Below, piece after piece: positions 1 to 9,664 of a stretch of DNA of 64,000 nt. The notes under the pieces are model-generated. The model was given only the letters and a program-made list of their open reading frames with translations, was not told where the DNA came from and made no database searches. Position 1 is the first letter of the stretch; the number at the start of each line of letters is the position of its first letter. The position numbers and the translations under genes are program-made. Origin of the DNA: a virus (lineage: Duplodnaviria; Caudoviricetes); the IMG/VR virus record IMGVR_UViG_3300031746_000008, positions 17,725-81,724 of that record. One strand, 5' to 3'.

Positions 1-519
1 TTGGCAGGCTCCGGCGACTTAGACGGTGGAGCAAGTCGGCGAGTATTTGGTACATTTTTGAAATGGCTTTCTGATAGAATAGCACCAGTTTATCTTGCGG
101 CTACAGCAAATGATATTAATGGTATTCCCGTAGAATTTTTGCGAAGTGGTCGATTTGATTGTGTTTTTGCACTGGATTTACCTAATGATCTTGAAAGAAA
201 ATCAATTTTTAATATTCATATATCAAAAAGAAAACGAGAACCATCAAATTATGATATGAAATCTTTAGTAGAAAAAACAAATGGGTTTACGGGAAGTGAT
301 ATTGAAAATAGTATTGAACTAGCATTGAAAATTGCTTTTTGTCAAAAAACAGAATTATCCCAGAGTCATTTAGAAATAGCAATTGAATCTACAATTCCAT
401 TATCTAAACTTGAACCAGAAAGAATTCAGAAAACAAGAGAATGGGGACTAAAACATGCTCGTAATGCCAACAGTCCAACAGAAAGAATTGTAGATAAAAA
501 AAGAAAGGTTTCGACGTAA
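1..519 (+). CDS. AAA+ ATPase, Ycf46-like (C-terminal part, runs off window start)
   Basis: ATAND...PVEFLRSGRFD second region of homology; GFTGSDIE lid; PLS...IQKTREW tail typical of Ycf46-like ATPases. Confidence 0.85.
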   Translation: MAGSGDLDGGASRRVFGTFLKWLSDRIAPVYLAATANDINGIPVEFLRSGRFDCVFALDLPNDLERKSIFNIHISKRKREPSNYDMKSLVEKTNGFTGSDIENSIELALKIAFCQKTELSQSHLEIAIESTIPLSKLEPERIQKTREWGLKHARNANSPTERIVDKKRKVST

Positions 520-1188
520 ATGAATAGGTTCATAGATTTAACCGGACAAAGATTTGGAAAACTTATCGTGGATAAATATATAGGTAAAAACAAATGGAGA
601 CATATCAGGTGGCTATGTTCGTGTGATTGTGGGAATAAATCCGAAATAAGCGGATGTAATTTATTGTCTGGTAAAACTAAAAGCTGTGGATGTTTTGCGA
701 AACAAATTAAAACAAAACATGGATACGCCAAGAGAAATAAAAAATTAAGAGTTTACCAAATATGGTGTGATATGAAGAAAAGATGTAATAATAAAAATGC
801 TCAATTCTATAGAGACTATGGCGGCAGAAATATTAAGGTTTGTTATAGATGGGCAAATAAGAAAAATGGATTTCAGAATTTTCTAGAAGATATGGGTGAA
901 CCACCATCAACAAAACATCAAATTGACAGAATTAATAATAGTCTAGGATATTACAAAGAAAATTGTCGATGGGTTACATCCAAAGAAAATAATAGAAACA
1001 GAAGAGATAATCGTGTGTTCAAATATAATAATAAAGATCAGTGCGTTTCAGCATTGGCCGAAAAATATAATATTAAAAGATCAACATTGTCATCAAGAAT
1101 AAATAGAGATAAACTTTCAATAGAAGAAGCTTTAACAATTCCTATAAATAAACAACAGCGGAGAAAGAAAAATGCCAGAAGAAATTAA
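520..1188 (+). CDS. HNH-type homing endonuclease (DLTGQRFG family)
   Basis: DLTGQRFG, CxCDCG, SCGC, YGGR, IDRINN..GY..ENCRW. Confidence 0.85.
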   Translation: MNRFIDLTGQRFGKLIVDKYIGKNKWRHIRWLCSCDCGNKSEISGCNLLSGKTKSCGCFAKQIKTKHGYAKRNKKLRVYQIWCDMKKRCNNKNAQFYRDYGGRNIKVCYRWANKKNGFQNFLEDMGEPPSTKHQIDRINNSLGYYKENCRWVTSKENNRNRRDNRVFKYNNKDQCVSALAEKYNIKRSTLSSRINRDKLSIEEALTIPINKQQRRKKNARRN

Positions 1189-2116
1189 ATTATTTGATCT
1201 TGGATGTTTAATAAATTTAAAAATCGGCTATTGGAGTGCTCGCAAAATGGTTTCACGAGCCGACTTAATAAGCGTTGGCCTTGATCCAGACGCATTGCCG
1301 AAAGATCTTGTGAACTATGGGCGCAAATTATTGGTTTCTAAAAATGAAATTCAAGCCATAAGCAAGGTCGAACAACGTGCCCGTTCATATCTTGCAAAAT
1401 ATAGTGCTCCTTTTGAAGCGGCTAATTGTTTCTTCGTTCCAAATAAAATGATTCCAGATCTAGAACACAATCTTAAATGTTTTAGAAAAGATTTTTTTGA
1501 TGTAGTAGACAGCTTTATTTCTCGTTTTAATGACCTGAAAGACGAAGTAAAGAAACAGCACCCTGAATTTTTTGAAAAATGCTTAAGACAATTCTATCCG
1601 TCAACAGCAGAATCTTTGAGGTCAAGATTTTATTTTGAGTGGCATATGTTCACAATCAGTAATATTAATTCAATACAACAAACCTCTTCTGAAGAAATTG
1701 AATTAAAAAGAGAAAAATTGCAGAAAGAAGCAAATAAGTTTGCAGAAAATTATATTCAAACTATGAGAAAAGAAGTTGTTGATTTTTGTACTTTGATGGA
1801 ATGCAGAGTTAATGGAAAAATTTATGGTGATGAAAGTGATCCAAAACAGCTTACAGGAAGAAGTTTAGCATTTTTTAGAAAATATGTAACAAAATTCCGA
1901 AACATGAATATATTCGGCGACAACGAAATTGAAAAAATGCTTATCGAATTTCAAAACAACTATTTGGATCTCGGAGTTACATCAAAAAGTTTTGATAGCG
2001 CAGCAATGAAAACGGCAGTATCACTATCCTTGTCAAGCATCCGTAAACAAGCTTCTCTTGAAGAAGGCGAGGGTTCGCAGTTTATCAATTCCCTCAAGAG
2101 AAAGGTAATTATATGA
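1172..2116 (+). CDS. DUF3150-like protein
   Basis: LxIGYWSARK, GRKLLV, YPS..SLRSRFYFEW, FRNMNIFGD pattern; next to a Ycf46-like ATPase. Confidence 0.6.
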   Translation: MPEEIKLFDLGCLINLKIGYWSARKMVSRADLISVGLDPDALPKDLVNYGRKLLVSKNEIQAISKVEQRARSYLAKYSAPFEAANCFFVPNKMIPDLEHNLKCFRKDFFDVVDSFISRFNDLKDEVKKQHPEFFEKCLRQFYPSTAESLRSRFYFEWHMFTISNINSIQQTSSEEIELKREKLQKEANKFAENYIQTMRKEVVDFCTLMECRVNGKIYGDESDPKQLTGRSLAFFRKYVTKFRNMNIFGDNEIEKMLIEFQNNYLDLGVTSKSFDSAAMKTAVSLSLSSIRKQASLEEGEGSQFINSLKRKVII

Positions 2117-2376
2117 TAAAAAATAATGGAAAATATATATTAAATATAATTCATTATGATGACATAGGTTTAAATAAAGAAATTGAAAAAGTGGTTGGTG
2201 AAAAAAGTAATGGCTCTGGCGAATGTAATTTTAATGGTTTAATAGATTGTAGTGGAGCAAAATATATATTCTGGAATTTTGAAACGTCAAAAAAAGCAGA
2301 AGATATTGTTGATAAATTAAAGAAAAATAAAGAATTAATAAAAAAACTTCACATTAGTATTGTCAAAGGAAAATAA
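2113..2376 (+). CDS. hypothetical protein
   Basis: ORF with ATGA overlap in the operon. Confidence 0.6.
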   Translation: MIKNNGKYILNIIHYDDIGLNKEIEKVVGEKSNGSGECNFNGLIDCSGAKYIFWNFETSKKAEDIVDKLKKNKELIKKLHISIVKGK

Positions 2377-2742
2377 ATGAATAAAGAAAAACATGAAACA
2401 AATTTAATAATAAAAGAAATACGAGATTTAATTTCCGTAAAATGTTTTTATATTCAATTATATGAAAATCAAGGCATAATAATTGAAGTTGCGTGGGTTT
2501 CAGGTACAAATCTTGATCTTAGTACATATCCAATTATCTATGTTCAAGATTTTAATAAATGGACAATGAAAAAATGTATCACCTTAGATCAATTAACTTA
2601 TAAATTAAACGAATTAAAATCACGTATTGGTAGTATTTGTAGATTATGCGACACTGTTGCTAAAAATAGAAGAGTAAACAAAGTAGAATTTTTTGAAAAT
2701 TTACTAGAAAGGGCAGAATATAAATGCAAACAAAAAAAATAA
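2377..2742 (+). CDS. hypothetical protein
   Basis: ORF abutting the previous stop. Confidence 0.6.
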   Translation: MNKEKHETNLIIKEIRDLISVKCFYIQLYENQGIIIEVAWVSGTNLDLSTYPIIYVQDFNKWTMKKCITLDQLTYKLNELKSRIGSICRLCDTVAKNRRVNKVEFFENLLERAEYKCKQKK

Positions 2743-2759
2743 CATATGATGAAGTTATA

Positions 2760-2900
2760 CAACAAATTACGGAGATATGTCAACTACCCACCGATAAATC
2801 AGGTGAGCTTGCGAGAAATTAATCCCGTGATTGGCGAGTTGACAATCGCCTGCCCTTCAAGGATGTTGCCACCCAGGTAGGGGAGATTTGAGCGTTGGGC
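2760..2900 (-). ncRNA. putative TnpB omega/reRNA scaffold plus flank-derived guide (boundaries approximate)
   Basis: Established for TnpB: RNA overlaps the tnpB 3' end and right end; hairpin at about 2788-2808. Confidence 0.5.
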
Positions 2901-3947
2901 TAATACGTGAGAAGCGTTAACATCTGCATCATATACTAGGCCGCTCTTTGAATAAAACCTACATCCCACTCTTTTACCTTCTCTTTTTCCGGTAACAGAA
3001 TCAATTTGAGAAGAAAATTTTGGGCAAACTCTGACCACTAACTTACCAATTAGTGCGGCTTTGTAGGTTAGAACATCCAGGGTTTCTGCAAAACCAACTT
3101 GACTACGCCGGTTTACATTATCTTTAAAATGTTTTTTTGTTTTAATGCTTTTCGCGTTTAAATTTTCAACAACAACAACATTTGCCTTAGTCTTTAATAG
3201 AACATTAACTAATTTATGTCTAAATTCTTTATTTATATTTCGTTCTTTGTGACGAAGTTTTTTCAATTGACGAGTAGCAGATTTAGCTTTAAGTCTACGC
3301 TTTAGAAAACGTATCTTTCTTAATTGTTTTTTATAGTCTTTGTCTAAAAAGATTCTGCCATCGCTTGTAGCAGCAAATCTCCGACAACCAAGATCAACAC
3401 CTAGTGCAAGTTTGGGCTCAACTAAGAGAGTGGAGACCTTAAAAGGTAAGCAAATCCAAATATCATTGTTTTCACAAAAAATGGTTGGATCACTGAAAAG
3501 ATATTTTTCCAAAAATCTGGTAAGCCTCTCATAAATACATAAAGAAACTTCCACTCGTTTTTTCAATGTTGTAATACGAAACGCTGTATTTTTATAGGAG
3601 TATAATCTTTTATCCAACGTAAGCGACAGCCTTTTCTTTTCGCAGGGTTTAGTAATTTTATGTTTATTGCTTTTAGCGGAACGATAGGCCGATAAAACAG
3701 CTTGTTCTGCCTTAATAACTAGTTGAGACTTTATTTCTGGAAATTCGTTTCGTACACGCCGGTACGCTTTATCGTGGAGATTTTTAATACCATTTTTACA
3801 ATTCAAGTATCCATTTTCATTAACACTAAAATGCAAAGGAGAAATTTCATTAAACAAAAGCCTGGAGGATTCAAGAACTTCAAATAACGCTCTTTTATCT
3901 TCCTCGTTTTTAAAAATCAATTTTGTCTTTAATGCCAACGTTTGCAT
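2799..3947 (-). CDS. tnpB: TnpB RNA-guided nuclease
   Basis: RuvC motifs LGVDLG / VVVENL / DADVNA; zinc-finger cysteines largely lost. Confidence 0.9.
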   Translation of the reverse strand: MQTLALKTKLIFKNEEDKRALFEVLESSRLLFNEISPLHFSVNENGYLNCKNGIKNLHDKAYRRVRNEFPEIKSQLVIKAEQAVLSAYRSAKSNKHKITKPCEKKRLSLTLDKRLYSYKNTAFRITTLKKRVEVSLCIYERLTRFLEKYLFSDPTIFCENNDIWICLPFKVSTLLVEPKLALGVDLGCRRFAATSDGRIFLDKDYKKQLRKIRFLKRRLKAKSATRQLKKLRHKERNINKEFRHKLVNVLLKTKANVVVVENLNAKSIKTKKHFKDNVNRRSQVGFAETLDVLTYKAALIGKLVVRVCPKFSSQIDSVTGKREGKRVGCRFYSKSGLVYDADVNASHVLAQRSNLPYLGGNILEGQAIVNSPITGLISRKLT

Positions 3948-3952
3948 ACTAT

Positions 3953-3962
3953 ATTATACACC
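3953..3962 (-). promoter_or_regulatory. GGTGTATAAT promoter-like box 5 nt before the tnpB ATG
   Basis: + strand attatacacc; same motif recurs elsewhere in the window. Confidence 0.5.
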
Positions 3963-4227
3963 AAATATCATTTAAAAGATAAAAAATATTAAATTTTATT
4001 AAAAATATGCAATATTCGAGGAGGTAAGATCGTCTTTCCTCCCTATATTGAAATAACAGGGTTTCCGGACGAGGTAATTATTATGAAAACAGATGGAAGA
4101 TTTTGTATAACAGAATGTATGGAGGCTTGGCCCGCAAGATTTGTGGATCTGTCAAACGGCGACGAGCACGGAACAAGCGAAAATACAATGGTAGAACCAC
4201 TTTCTCTTCAGGTTACGGACAATTAAA

Positions 4228-4578
4228 ATGAAAATTTTAAATAAATTCAAAGGATTTTCTTCTCATAGATACAATAGAGAACCCTTAGAAAAATTGTTTG
4301 CCGAATGTTGGCAAGAAGAAAACACCCAATTAGCTGTAAGAAATTGTACTTTGGATCATTTGTTTTCAGGGAATGTAGATGAACATTATGTTGAAATTCA
4401 ATCTAATGAAAATTACAAACTTGCAGCGACACTAATTCAGTGGTTAGGAAGTCCGGTCGGCCAAGGATTTTTGGCTCACGTAATAGAAAAAGCGATGAAC
4501 AAAAATATACCAATGCCAATGTTTGAGCCGGTAAGTGGTTGTTTTGGTAAAAGCTTAACTGATCCGGGACGGAGATAA
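4228..4578 (+). CDS. hypothetical phage protein
   Basis: ORF with ATLIQWLGSPVGQGFL motif. Confidence 0.7.
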   Translation: MKILNKFKGFSSHRYNREPLEKLFAECWQEENTQLAVRNCTLDHLFSGNVDEHYVEIQSNENYKLAATLIQWLGSPVGQGFLAHVIEKAMNKNIPMPMFEPVSGCFGKSLTDPGRR

Positions 4579-5223
4579 TTGATGGATTTAATCGGGCAAA
4601 GATTTGAAAGACTTCTCGTTATTAAACAGGACGGTAGAAATAGATCCAACCAAATACTTTGGTTATGCTTGTGTGATTGTGGAAAAGAAATAAAAGTAAC
4701 ATCCGGTGATTTAAAAAGTAAACACACAAAAAGCTGTGGATGTTTTAGTAAAGAACAAACAATATTAAGAAATAAAAATAGAACCAAGCACCAAAAATGC
4801 AAAACTAAAATTTATTATATATGGTCGAGTATGATTTCTAGATGTAACGACAAAAATCATAAAGCATACAAGAACTATGGAGGAAGAATCCCTCCAATTA
4901 CAGTTTGTAAAAGATGGTCAAATAAGAAAAACGGATTTGAAAATTTTTATAAAGACGTTGGCGATCCACCATATAAAAAATCTCTTGATAGAACAGACAA
5001 TAACAAGGGGTATTTTCCAGGTAACTGGAGATGGGCAACAAACAAACAACAACATAGAAACATGAAAACTAACATAAACATTAATGGATTGTGTTTAAAA
5101 GATCATTGCAAAAAATTTAATCTAAATTATCATACGATAATGACAAGGATAGATACATACGGATATTCTATGGAAGAAGCTTTAACAATACCAATAAGAA
5201 AATATAATAGGAGAAAAAAATAA
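4579..5223 (+). CDS. HNH-type homing endonuclease (DLTGQRFG family)
   Basis: DLIGQRF, CLCDCG, SCGC, LDRTDNNKGYFPGNWRW. Confidence 0.85.
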   Translation: MMDLIGQRFERLLVIKQDGRNRSNQILWLCLCDCGKEIKVTSGDLKSKHTKSCGCFSKEQTILRNKNRTKHQKCKTKIYYIWSSMISRCNDKNHKAYKNYGGRIPPITVCKRWSNKKNGFENFYKDVGDPPYKKSLDRTDNNKGYFPGNWRWATNKQQHRNMKTNININGLCLKDHCKKFNLNYHTIMTRIDTYGYSMEEALTIPIRKYNRRKK

Positions 5224-5636
5224 TGTCCCTTTATTGTCAAATTGAAACTGCTATGAAAAATCAAGAAGCTTTAATTTTTGCTTTGATGGAAACTGGCTTG
5301 TGGCAAAGGGAACAAATAGAAATTTATGATGAACCACAACATCTTTTCGGATATAGGGGAGATTTAAGACAAGATAAAGCTAATATTATTATTCGTCGTA
5401 AAAATGTGGGTCCGAGTTCTAATGATATAGGATTCCAAAGAAATGAAGATGGAACATTCAAAGCCATTATTTCAGAGTTTGATAAATCAAAATACAACCA
5501 ATCATGGATAGACAAGCTCAAGGCAAACTACGCTTTCCAAGCTATTCGTCTACAACAAGAAAAGAAAGGCAGACAAGTATCTAGAACCAAATTACCAGAC
5601 GGTAAACAGAGGGTAACAATTCATGGATATAGATAA
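5223..5636 (+). CDS. DUF1257 (Ycf35-like) protein
   Basis: MS.Y..IET.MK, LFGYRGD.R, SNDIGF.R..DG.F..IISEFD. Confidence 0.75.
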   Translation: MSLYCQIETAMKNQEALIFALMETGLWQREQIEIYDEPQHLFGYRGDLRQDKANIIIRRKNVGPSSNDIGFQRNEDGTFKAIISEFDKSKYNQSWIDKLKANYAFQAIRLQQEKKGRQVSRTKLPDGKQRVTIHGYR

Positions 5637-5647
5637 AGGAAAATGAA

Positions 5648-5839
5648 ATGCAAAAAATATTATATTTTAACAGCGAGGGATACTGTACACTAATAAGAGA
5701 TAAGGAAACAATTTTTACCATGTTCTGTGAATTGCCGGAAGATTTTATTCCTGAAGGAATACCTATTGAAGAATTTGTTTGTAATCCAAAATTTAGAATA
5801 ACAAATGGTCGTCATGTAAATAAAGGAAGTGTATGTTAA
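5648..5839 (+). CDS. hypothetical protein
   Basis: ORF with AAGGA RBS. Confidence 0.55.
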   Translation: MQKILYFNSEGYCTLIRDKETIFTMFCELPEDFIPEGIPIEEFVCNPKFRITNGRHVNKGSVC

Positions 5840-5845
5840 AATTTT

Positions 5846-6517
5846 ATGTTTATTAAAGGTTATATCTCTGGTATTTATAGAATAACCTGTTCATCAACAG
5901 GAAAATTTTATATAGGAAGTGCTATTAATCTTAAAAGACGGTTCGAGTTTCATTTATCTAGATTAAAAAACGGAAATCATATCAATACCTATTTACAAAA
6001 CTCATGGAATAAATATGGAAAAGAAAATTTTAAATTTGAAATAATTGAAATTGTTTATGATATAAAAAAATTATCAATAAAAGAACAATTGTGGTTAGAC
6101 CAAACAAAATGTTATAATTCAAATATTGGATTCAATATTTCTAAAAATACTATTACTCCAATGTTGGGCCGGAATCATACAAGAGCAACAAAAGAAAAAA
6201 TAAGCAATTCTAAAAAAGGAACAAGGCTCACCAAAGAACATAAATTAAAATTAAGTATTGCTTTAAAGGGACGACACCGACCCAGTTTAGTTAAGGAAAA
6301 AATTAGAAAAGCACAGATTGGTATCCCGAAACCACAATCAAGTCAACCAGGAAGTAAGCACGGAGCAGCTACAATAAACGAAAAAACAGCGATAGACATT
6401 ATAAGAGATCATAAAAAAGGATTGTCTTATAAGGAATTAGTTATAAAATATGGAGCCAGCTATAAAACAATTTGGTTATTGACACATAAAATAACATGGA
6501 AACATATCAAGGAATAA
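5846..6517 (+). CDS. GIY-YIG homing endonuclease with NUMOD3 repeats
   Basis: GIYRI..FYIGS, R..H, LQNSWNKYG, G.NHT..TKEKIS. Confidence 0.9.
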   Translation: MFIKGYISGIYRITCSSTGKFYIGSAINLKRRFEFHLSRLKNGNHINTYLQNSWNKYGKENFKFEIIEIVYDIKKLSIKEQLWLDQTKCYNSNIGFNISKNTITPMLGRNHTRATKEKISNSKKGTRLTKEHKLKLSIALKGRHRPSLVKEKIRKAQIGIPKPQSSQPGSKHGAATINEKTAIDIIRDHKKGLSYKELVIKYGASYKTIWLLTHKITWKHIKE

Positions 6518-6522
6518 AATAA

Positions 6523-6639
6523 ATGAGCGATTTAGTCCGATCATATAATTTTAAGGACGTAGCAATTTGCCAAAAAGAAAATATTTGTAATAGTAGGCTA
6601 GACGCAAAAAATAGAGGGGAAATAAGGGAATATAGGTAA
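6523..6639 (+). pseudogene. 38-aa orphan copy of the IMPDH/GMP reductase N-terminus
   Basis: MSDLVRSYNFKDVAICQKENICNSRLDAK matches MFKKSYKFSDIAIYQKENICKSRLDTK at 7265. Confidence 0.8.
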
Positions 6640-7265
6640 TGGGCAAATTTATTGATTTAACGGGATTAAAATTTGGAAGATGGACAATTCTTAAACAAAT
6701 AAACACCAACAAAAAGAAATCTAGATGGAAATGTGAATGTAGTTGCGGAATCATAAAAAATATAGACGGATATAGTTTAAGAACAGGAGATTCAAAAAGT
6801 TGCGGATGCCTGCACAAAGATATAATGACCAAACATGGGCTTAGCAATTCTCATATTGATAAAATATGGAAATCTATGATTCAAAGGTGTACCAACCCCA
6901 AAAATCCAAGATATAAAGATTACGGAAATAGAGGCATTACGGTTTGCAAAAGGTGGTTGCCTAAAAATAACGGATTTATTAATTTTCTTAATGACATGGG
7001 ACTACCGCCAAGCAAGAAGCATCAGATAGATAGAATTGATAACAATAAAGGATATCATAAAAAGAATTGTCGATGGAGCACCAATAAAGAAAATAATTAC
7101 AACAGAAGAGATAGCCATATGTTAACATATAAAGGTAAAACACAATGTATTGCAGCCTGGGCCGAAGAATATAATCTTCCTTACGATACACTTCGGACAA
7201 GAATAAGGAGGGGTTGGAATATTGATAGAGCATTAAACGAACCCATCAGGAGAAAAATAAAATAA
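6639..7265 (+). CDS. HNH-type homing endonuclease (DLTGQRFG family)
   Basis: DLTGLKFG, CECSCG, SCGC, IDRIDNNKGY..KNCRW. Confidence 0.85.
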   Translation: MGKFIDLTGLKFGRWTILKQINTNKKKSRWKCECSCGIIKNIDGYSLRTGDSKSCGCLHKDIMTKHGLSNSHIDKIWKSMIQRCTNPKNPRYKDYGNRGITVCKRWLPKNNGFINFLNDMGLPPSKKHQIDRIDNNKGYHKKNCRWSTNKENNYNRRDSHMLTYKGKTQCIAAWAEEYNLPYDTLRTRIRRGWNIDRALNEPIRRKIK

Positions 7266-9331
7266 TGTTTAAAAAATCATATAAATTTTCTGACATAGCA
7301 ATTTATCAAAAAGAGAATATTTGCAAAAGTCGGCTTGACACAAAAATAAAAAGCGAGATAATTCGCGGAGTAATCCGTCCACTTCCCCTTTTGGCAGCGA
7401 ATATGTCAACAGTCACGAATGCGGAATTCTCGATAGGGCTTTATAGGCTTGGGGCTATGGGGGTTTTACACAGAGCTTTTCCAAATACAGATGATTATAT
7501 ATCGGAAACAAAAAAAATAACAAAGGAAATTCCCTCTGTTGCGGTTTCCATTGGAATAAAAGATTCAGATTATATATTGGTTGAAAAATTAATAAAAGCT
7601 GGATCTAACATTATTTTCGTCGATGTAGCTCATGGTTTTAATAAATATGCATTACAAATGTGCCAACATATAAAAAAATTCTATCCAACAATAAAAGTTG
7701 TCGCCGGAAATACTATTAATCCTGATATGATAGGGATGTTCAATGATTATGTAGATGCAATAAAAATCGGCATAGGTGGTGGTAATTCCTGTTCGACGGC
7801 GACAGTAGTTGGTTGTACAAAAAATCAATTTTCTGCTATCTATGATTTAAAAGAAATCTCACAAAAATATGGTATGCCAATCATTAGTGACGGGAACATT
7901 CGTTGCCCCGCCGATTTCACCAAAGCTATCGGGGCAGGAGCTAGTTGTGCTATGGCTGGTAGTATATTCGCCAGATGCCCAGAGAGTGCTTCAGAAACGA
8001 TAGAAATTGATGGGATAAAGAAGAAAATTCTGGCGGGCATGTCATGTTATAGCGACGACACAGAAATATTAACCATCAATGGATGGAAAAATTTTTCAGA
8101 AATAAAATTATCTGACGATTTAGCAACTTTAAATACAGAAACAAAATTAATGGAATTTCAAAAACCAACAAATATTTTTAATTATAATTATAACGGGGAA
8201 ATGATAAATATAAATCATAAAGCTATTGATTTATTAGTAACACCAAATCACAGAATGTATGTTGCTAAACGAGCAAGAATTAAGGATGGATATAAAGAAA
8301 AATTTAAATTCGTTAAGGCGGAACGGTGTTGTAAGGAAAATTTTAAGTATCAAAAAATATGCGGATGGAAGGGAGAATATTCCAAATTTTTTAAGATACC
8401 CGATGTTGTCTCTGGATATAAAAATAAATATAAGAAAATAGGAACAAATTTTCTGACAGAAGAATGGATTGATTTTTTTGGATTCTGGTTAGCAGAAGGG
8501 TGGGCAAATAAAAGAATATCAAAATCAAAAAAACATATCAGTTATAATCCTAATCATTTTGTGTATTCCATAAGTATTTCAAATAATAATAAAAAATTGA
8601 TAAATCATTATGTAACCTTATTAAGAAAATATAATATTGGTTCCTTTGTAAGAAAAAGGAATAAAAATTATGAACTTACAATACAAAACATGCCCCTTTG
8701 CAGTTATTTGATGAAATTTGGGAAGGCTCATGAAAAATTTATTCCGAAAAAAATTAAAAATCTACCGACTAAATTATTAGAGATTTTAATAAATTCAATA
8801 TTTCTCGGTGACGGTTGTAAAAACAGAAATTCTATAACTAGTTCTTCCACTAAATTTATAGACGATATATCAGAGATATGTATAAAATGTGGATTAACTC
8901 CAACAATTCACTTGAATCATCCAAAGGGATCTTTAGGAGAAATTAATGGGAAAAGTTTCGTTAGAAAATATGATTCATTTTCTGTTTATGTAGGTAAATA
9001 TTGGCATAACCCCACCATCCTCCCAAAACACTATAGTTTTATAGATTATAGTGGCAAAGTGTATTGCGCAGAGGTTCCTAATGGAATATTATGTGTAAGA
9101 AGAAACAATAAATATACGTGGTGTGGCAATAGTGAATATGTCCAGAATAAATGGAAGGGTGGTTTAAAACCAGGAACTTCGGCAGAGGGCAAATTAATTC
9201 ATCTTGACATAGGAGAACCAGTAGAATCACTTTTAAATAGGTATGCGGGGGCATTAAGAAGCGCGATAAGTTATGCCGGTTTTGATAACATTCAAGATTT
9301 TCAGAGGGGGTGTGAATTTCTTCTGATATAG
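7265..9331 (+). CDS. IMP dehydrogenase / GMP reductase family protein with intein
   Basis: AANMSTVT, VDVAHG, VVAGN, GIGGGNSCST catalytic loop, ISDGNI, AEGK, LRSAISYAG; no CBS domains. Confidence 0.9.
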   Translation: MFKKSYKFSDIAIYQKENICKSRLDTKIKSEIIRGVIRPLPLLAANMSTVTNAEFSIGLYRLGAMGVLHRAFPNTDDYISETKKITKEIPSVAVSIGIKDSDYILVEKLIKAGSNIIFVDVAHGFNKYALQMCQHIKKFYPTIKVVAGNTINPDMIGMFNDYVDAIKIGIGGGNSCSTATVVGCTKNQFSAIYDLKEISQKYGMPIISDGNIRCPADFTKAIGAGASCAMAGSIFARCPESASETIEIDGIKKKILAGMSCYSDDTEILTINGWKNFSEIKLSDDLATLNTETKLMEFQKPTNIFNYNYNGEMININHKAIDLLVTPNHRMYVAKRARIKDGYKEKFKFVKAERCCKENFKYQKICGWKGEYSKFFKIPDVVSGYKNKYKKIGTNFLTEEWIDFFGFWLAEGWANKRISKSKKHISYNPNHFVYSISISNNNKKLINHYVTLLRKYNIGSFVRKRNKNYELTIQNMPLCSYLMKFGKAHEKFIPKKIKNLPTKLLEILINSIFLGDGCKNRNSITSSSTKFIDDISEICIKCGLTPTIHLNHPKGSLGEINGKSFVRKYDSFSVYVGKYWHNPTILPKHYSFIDYSGKVYCAEVPNGILCVRRNNKYTWCGNSEYVQNKWKGGLKPGTSAEGKLIHLDIGEPVESLLNRYAGALRSAISYAGFDNIQDFQRGCEFLLI
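8045..9130 (+). mobile_element. intein (362 aa) with LAGLIDADG endonuclease
   Basis: AGMS|CYSDDTE...TPNHRM...FWLAEG...FLGDG...VYCAEV..WCGN|SEY. Confidence 0.9.
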
Positions 9332-9340
9332 AGACTAAAT

Positions 9341-9664
9341 ATGTTAAATAAAGATACAGTATTCTGTTTTACTGGCAAAGGCCCATTCTCTCGTAACAAA
9401 ATGACAGATATAGCTATCAAGGCTGGAGCATCGGTCACAAAATCTGTCACTAATAAAACAACTATACTAGTTATAATGGATATGAATAGCCAATCTATCA
9501 AGGCAAAAAGGGCTCGTGAAAATGGCATAGATTTGATTGGCCCACAAACATTTTTTGTAATGTGTAATATAAAAAATAATACGTATACTGAGCATAAAGC
9601 TGAGTTTGAACAAAAAATTATTGCAGAACAAACCAAAAAACTATTGAGGAAAATAATTCTATGA
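9341..9664 (+). CDS. stand-alone BRCT domain protein
   Basis: FCFTG...R......GA.V..SVT.KT..LV......K..RA...GI, as in the NAD-dependent ligase BRCT. Confidence 0.85.
   Translation: MLNKDTVFCFTGKGPFSRNKMTDIAIKAGASVTKSVTNKTTILVIMDMNSQSIKAKRARENGIDLIGPQTFFVMCNIKNNTYTEHKAEFEQKIIAEQTKKLLRKIIL

Larger units (their letters stand above)
2779..4082 (-). mobile_element. non-autonomous IS200/IS605-family (IS1341-like) element
   Basis: Right end GTCAACTACCCACC..GGTGAGCTTG, left-end hairpin TTCCTCCC...GGGTTTCC; tnpB only; TCAT motif on the - strand next to the left end. Confidence 0.8.
2724..4231 (+). pseudogene. 67-aa gene interrupted by the TnpB element (2724-2778 + 4083-4231)
   Basis: Removing 2779-4082 restores an open frame MQTKKITYDEVIQQITEIYENRWK...GQLK that ends in an ATGA overlap with the 4228 gene. 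Confidence 0.6.

Noticed and set aside
6523-7265. Group I intron containing the HNH gene in the IMPDH/GMPR gene
   Set aside because: ORFs abut with no space for a ribozyme core, and the two flanks encode the same region rather than consecutive exons
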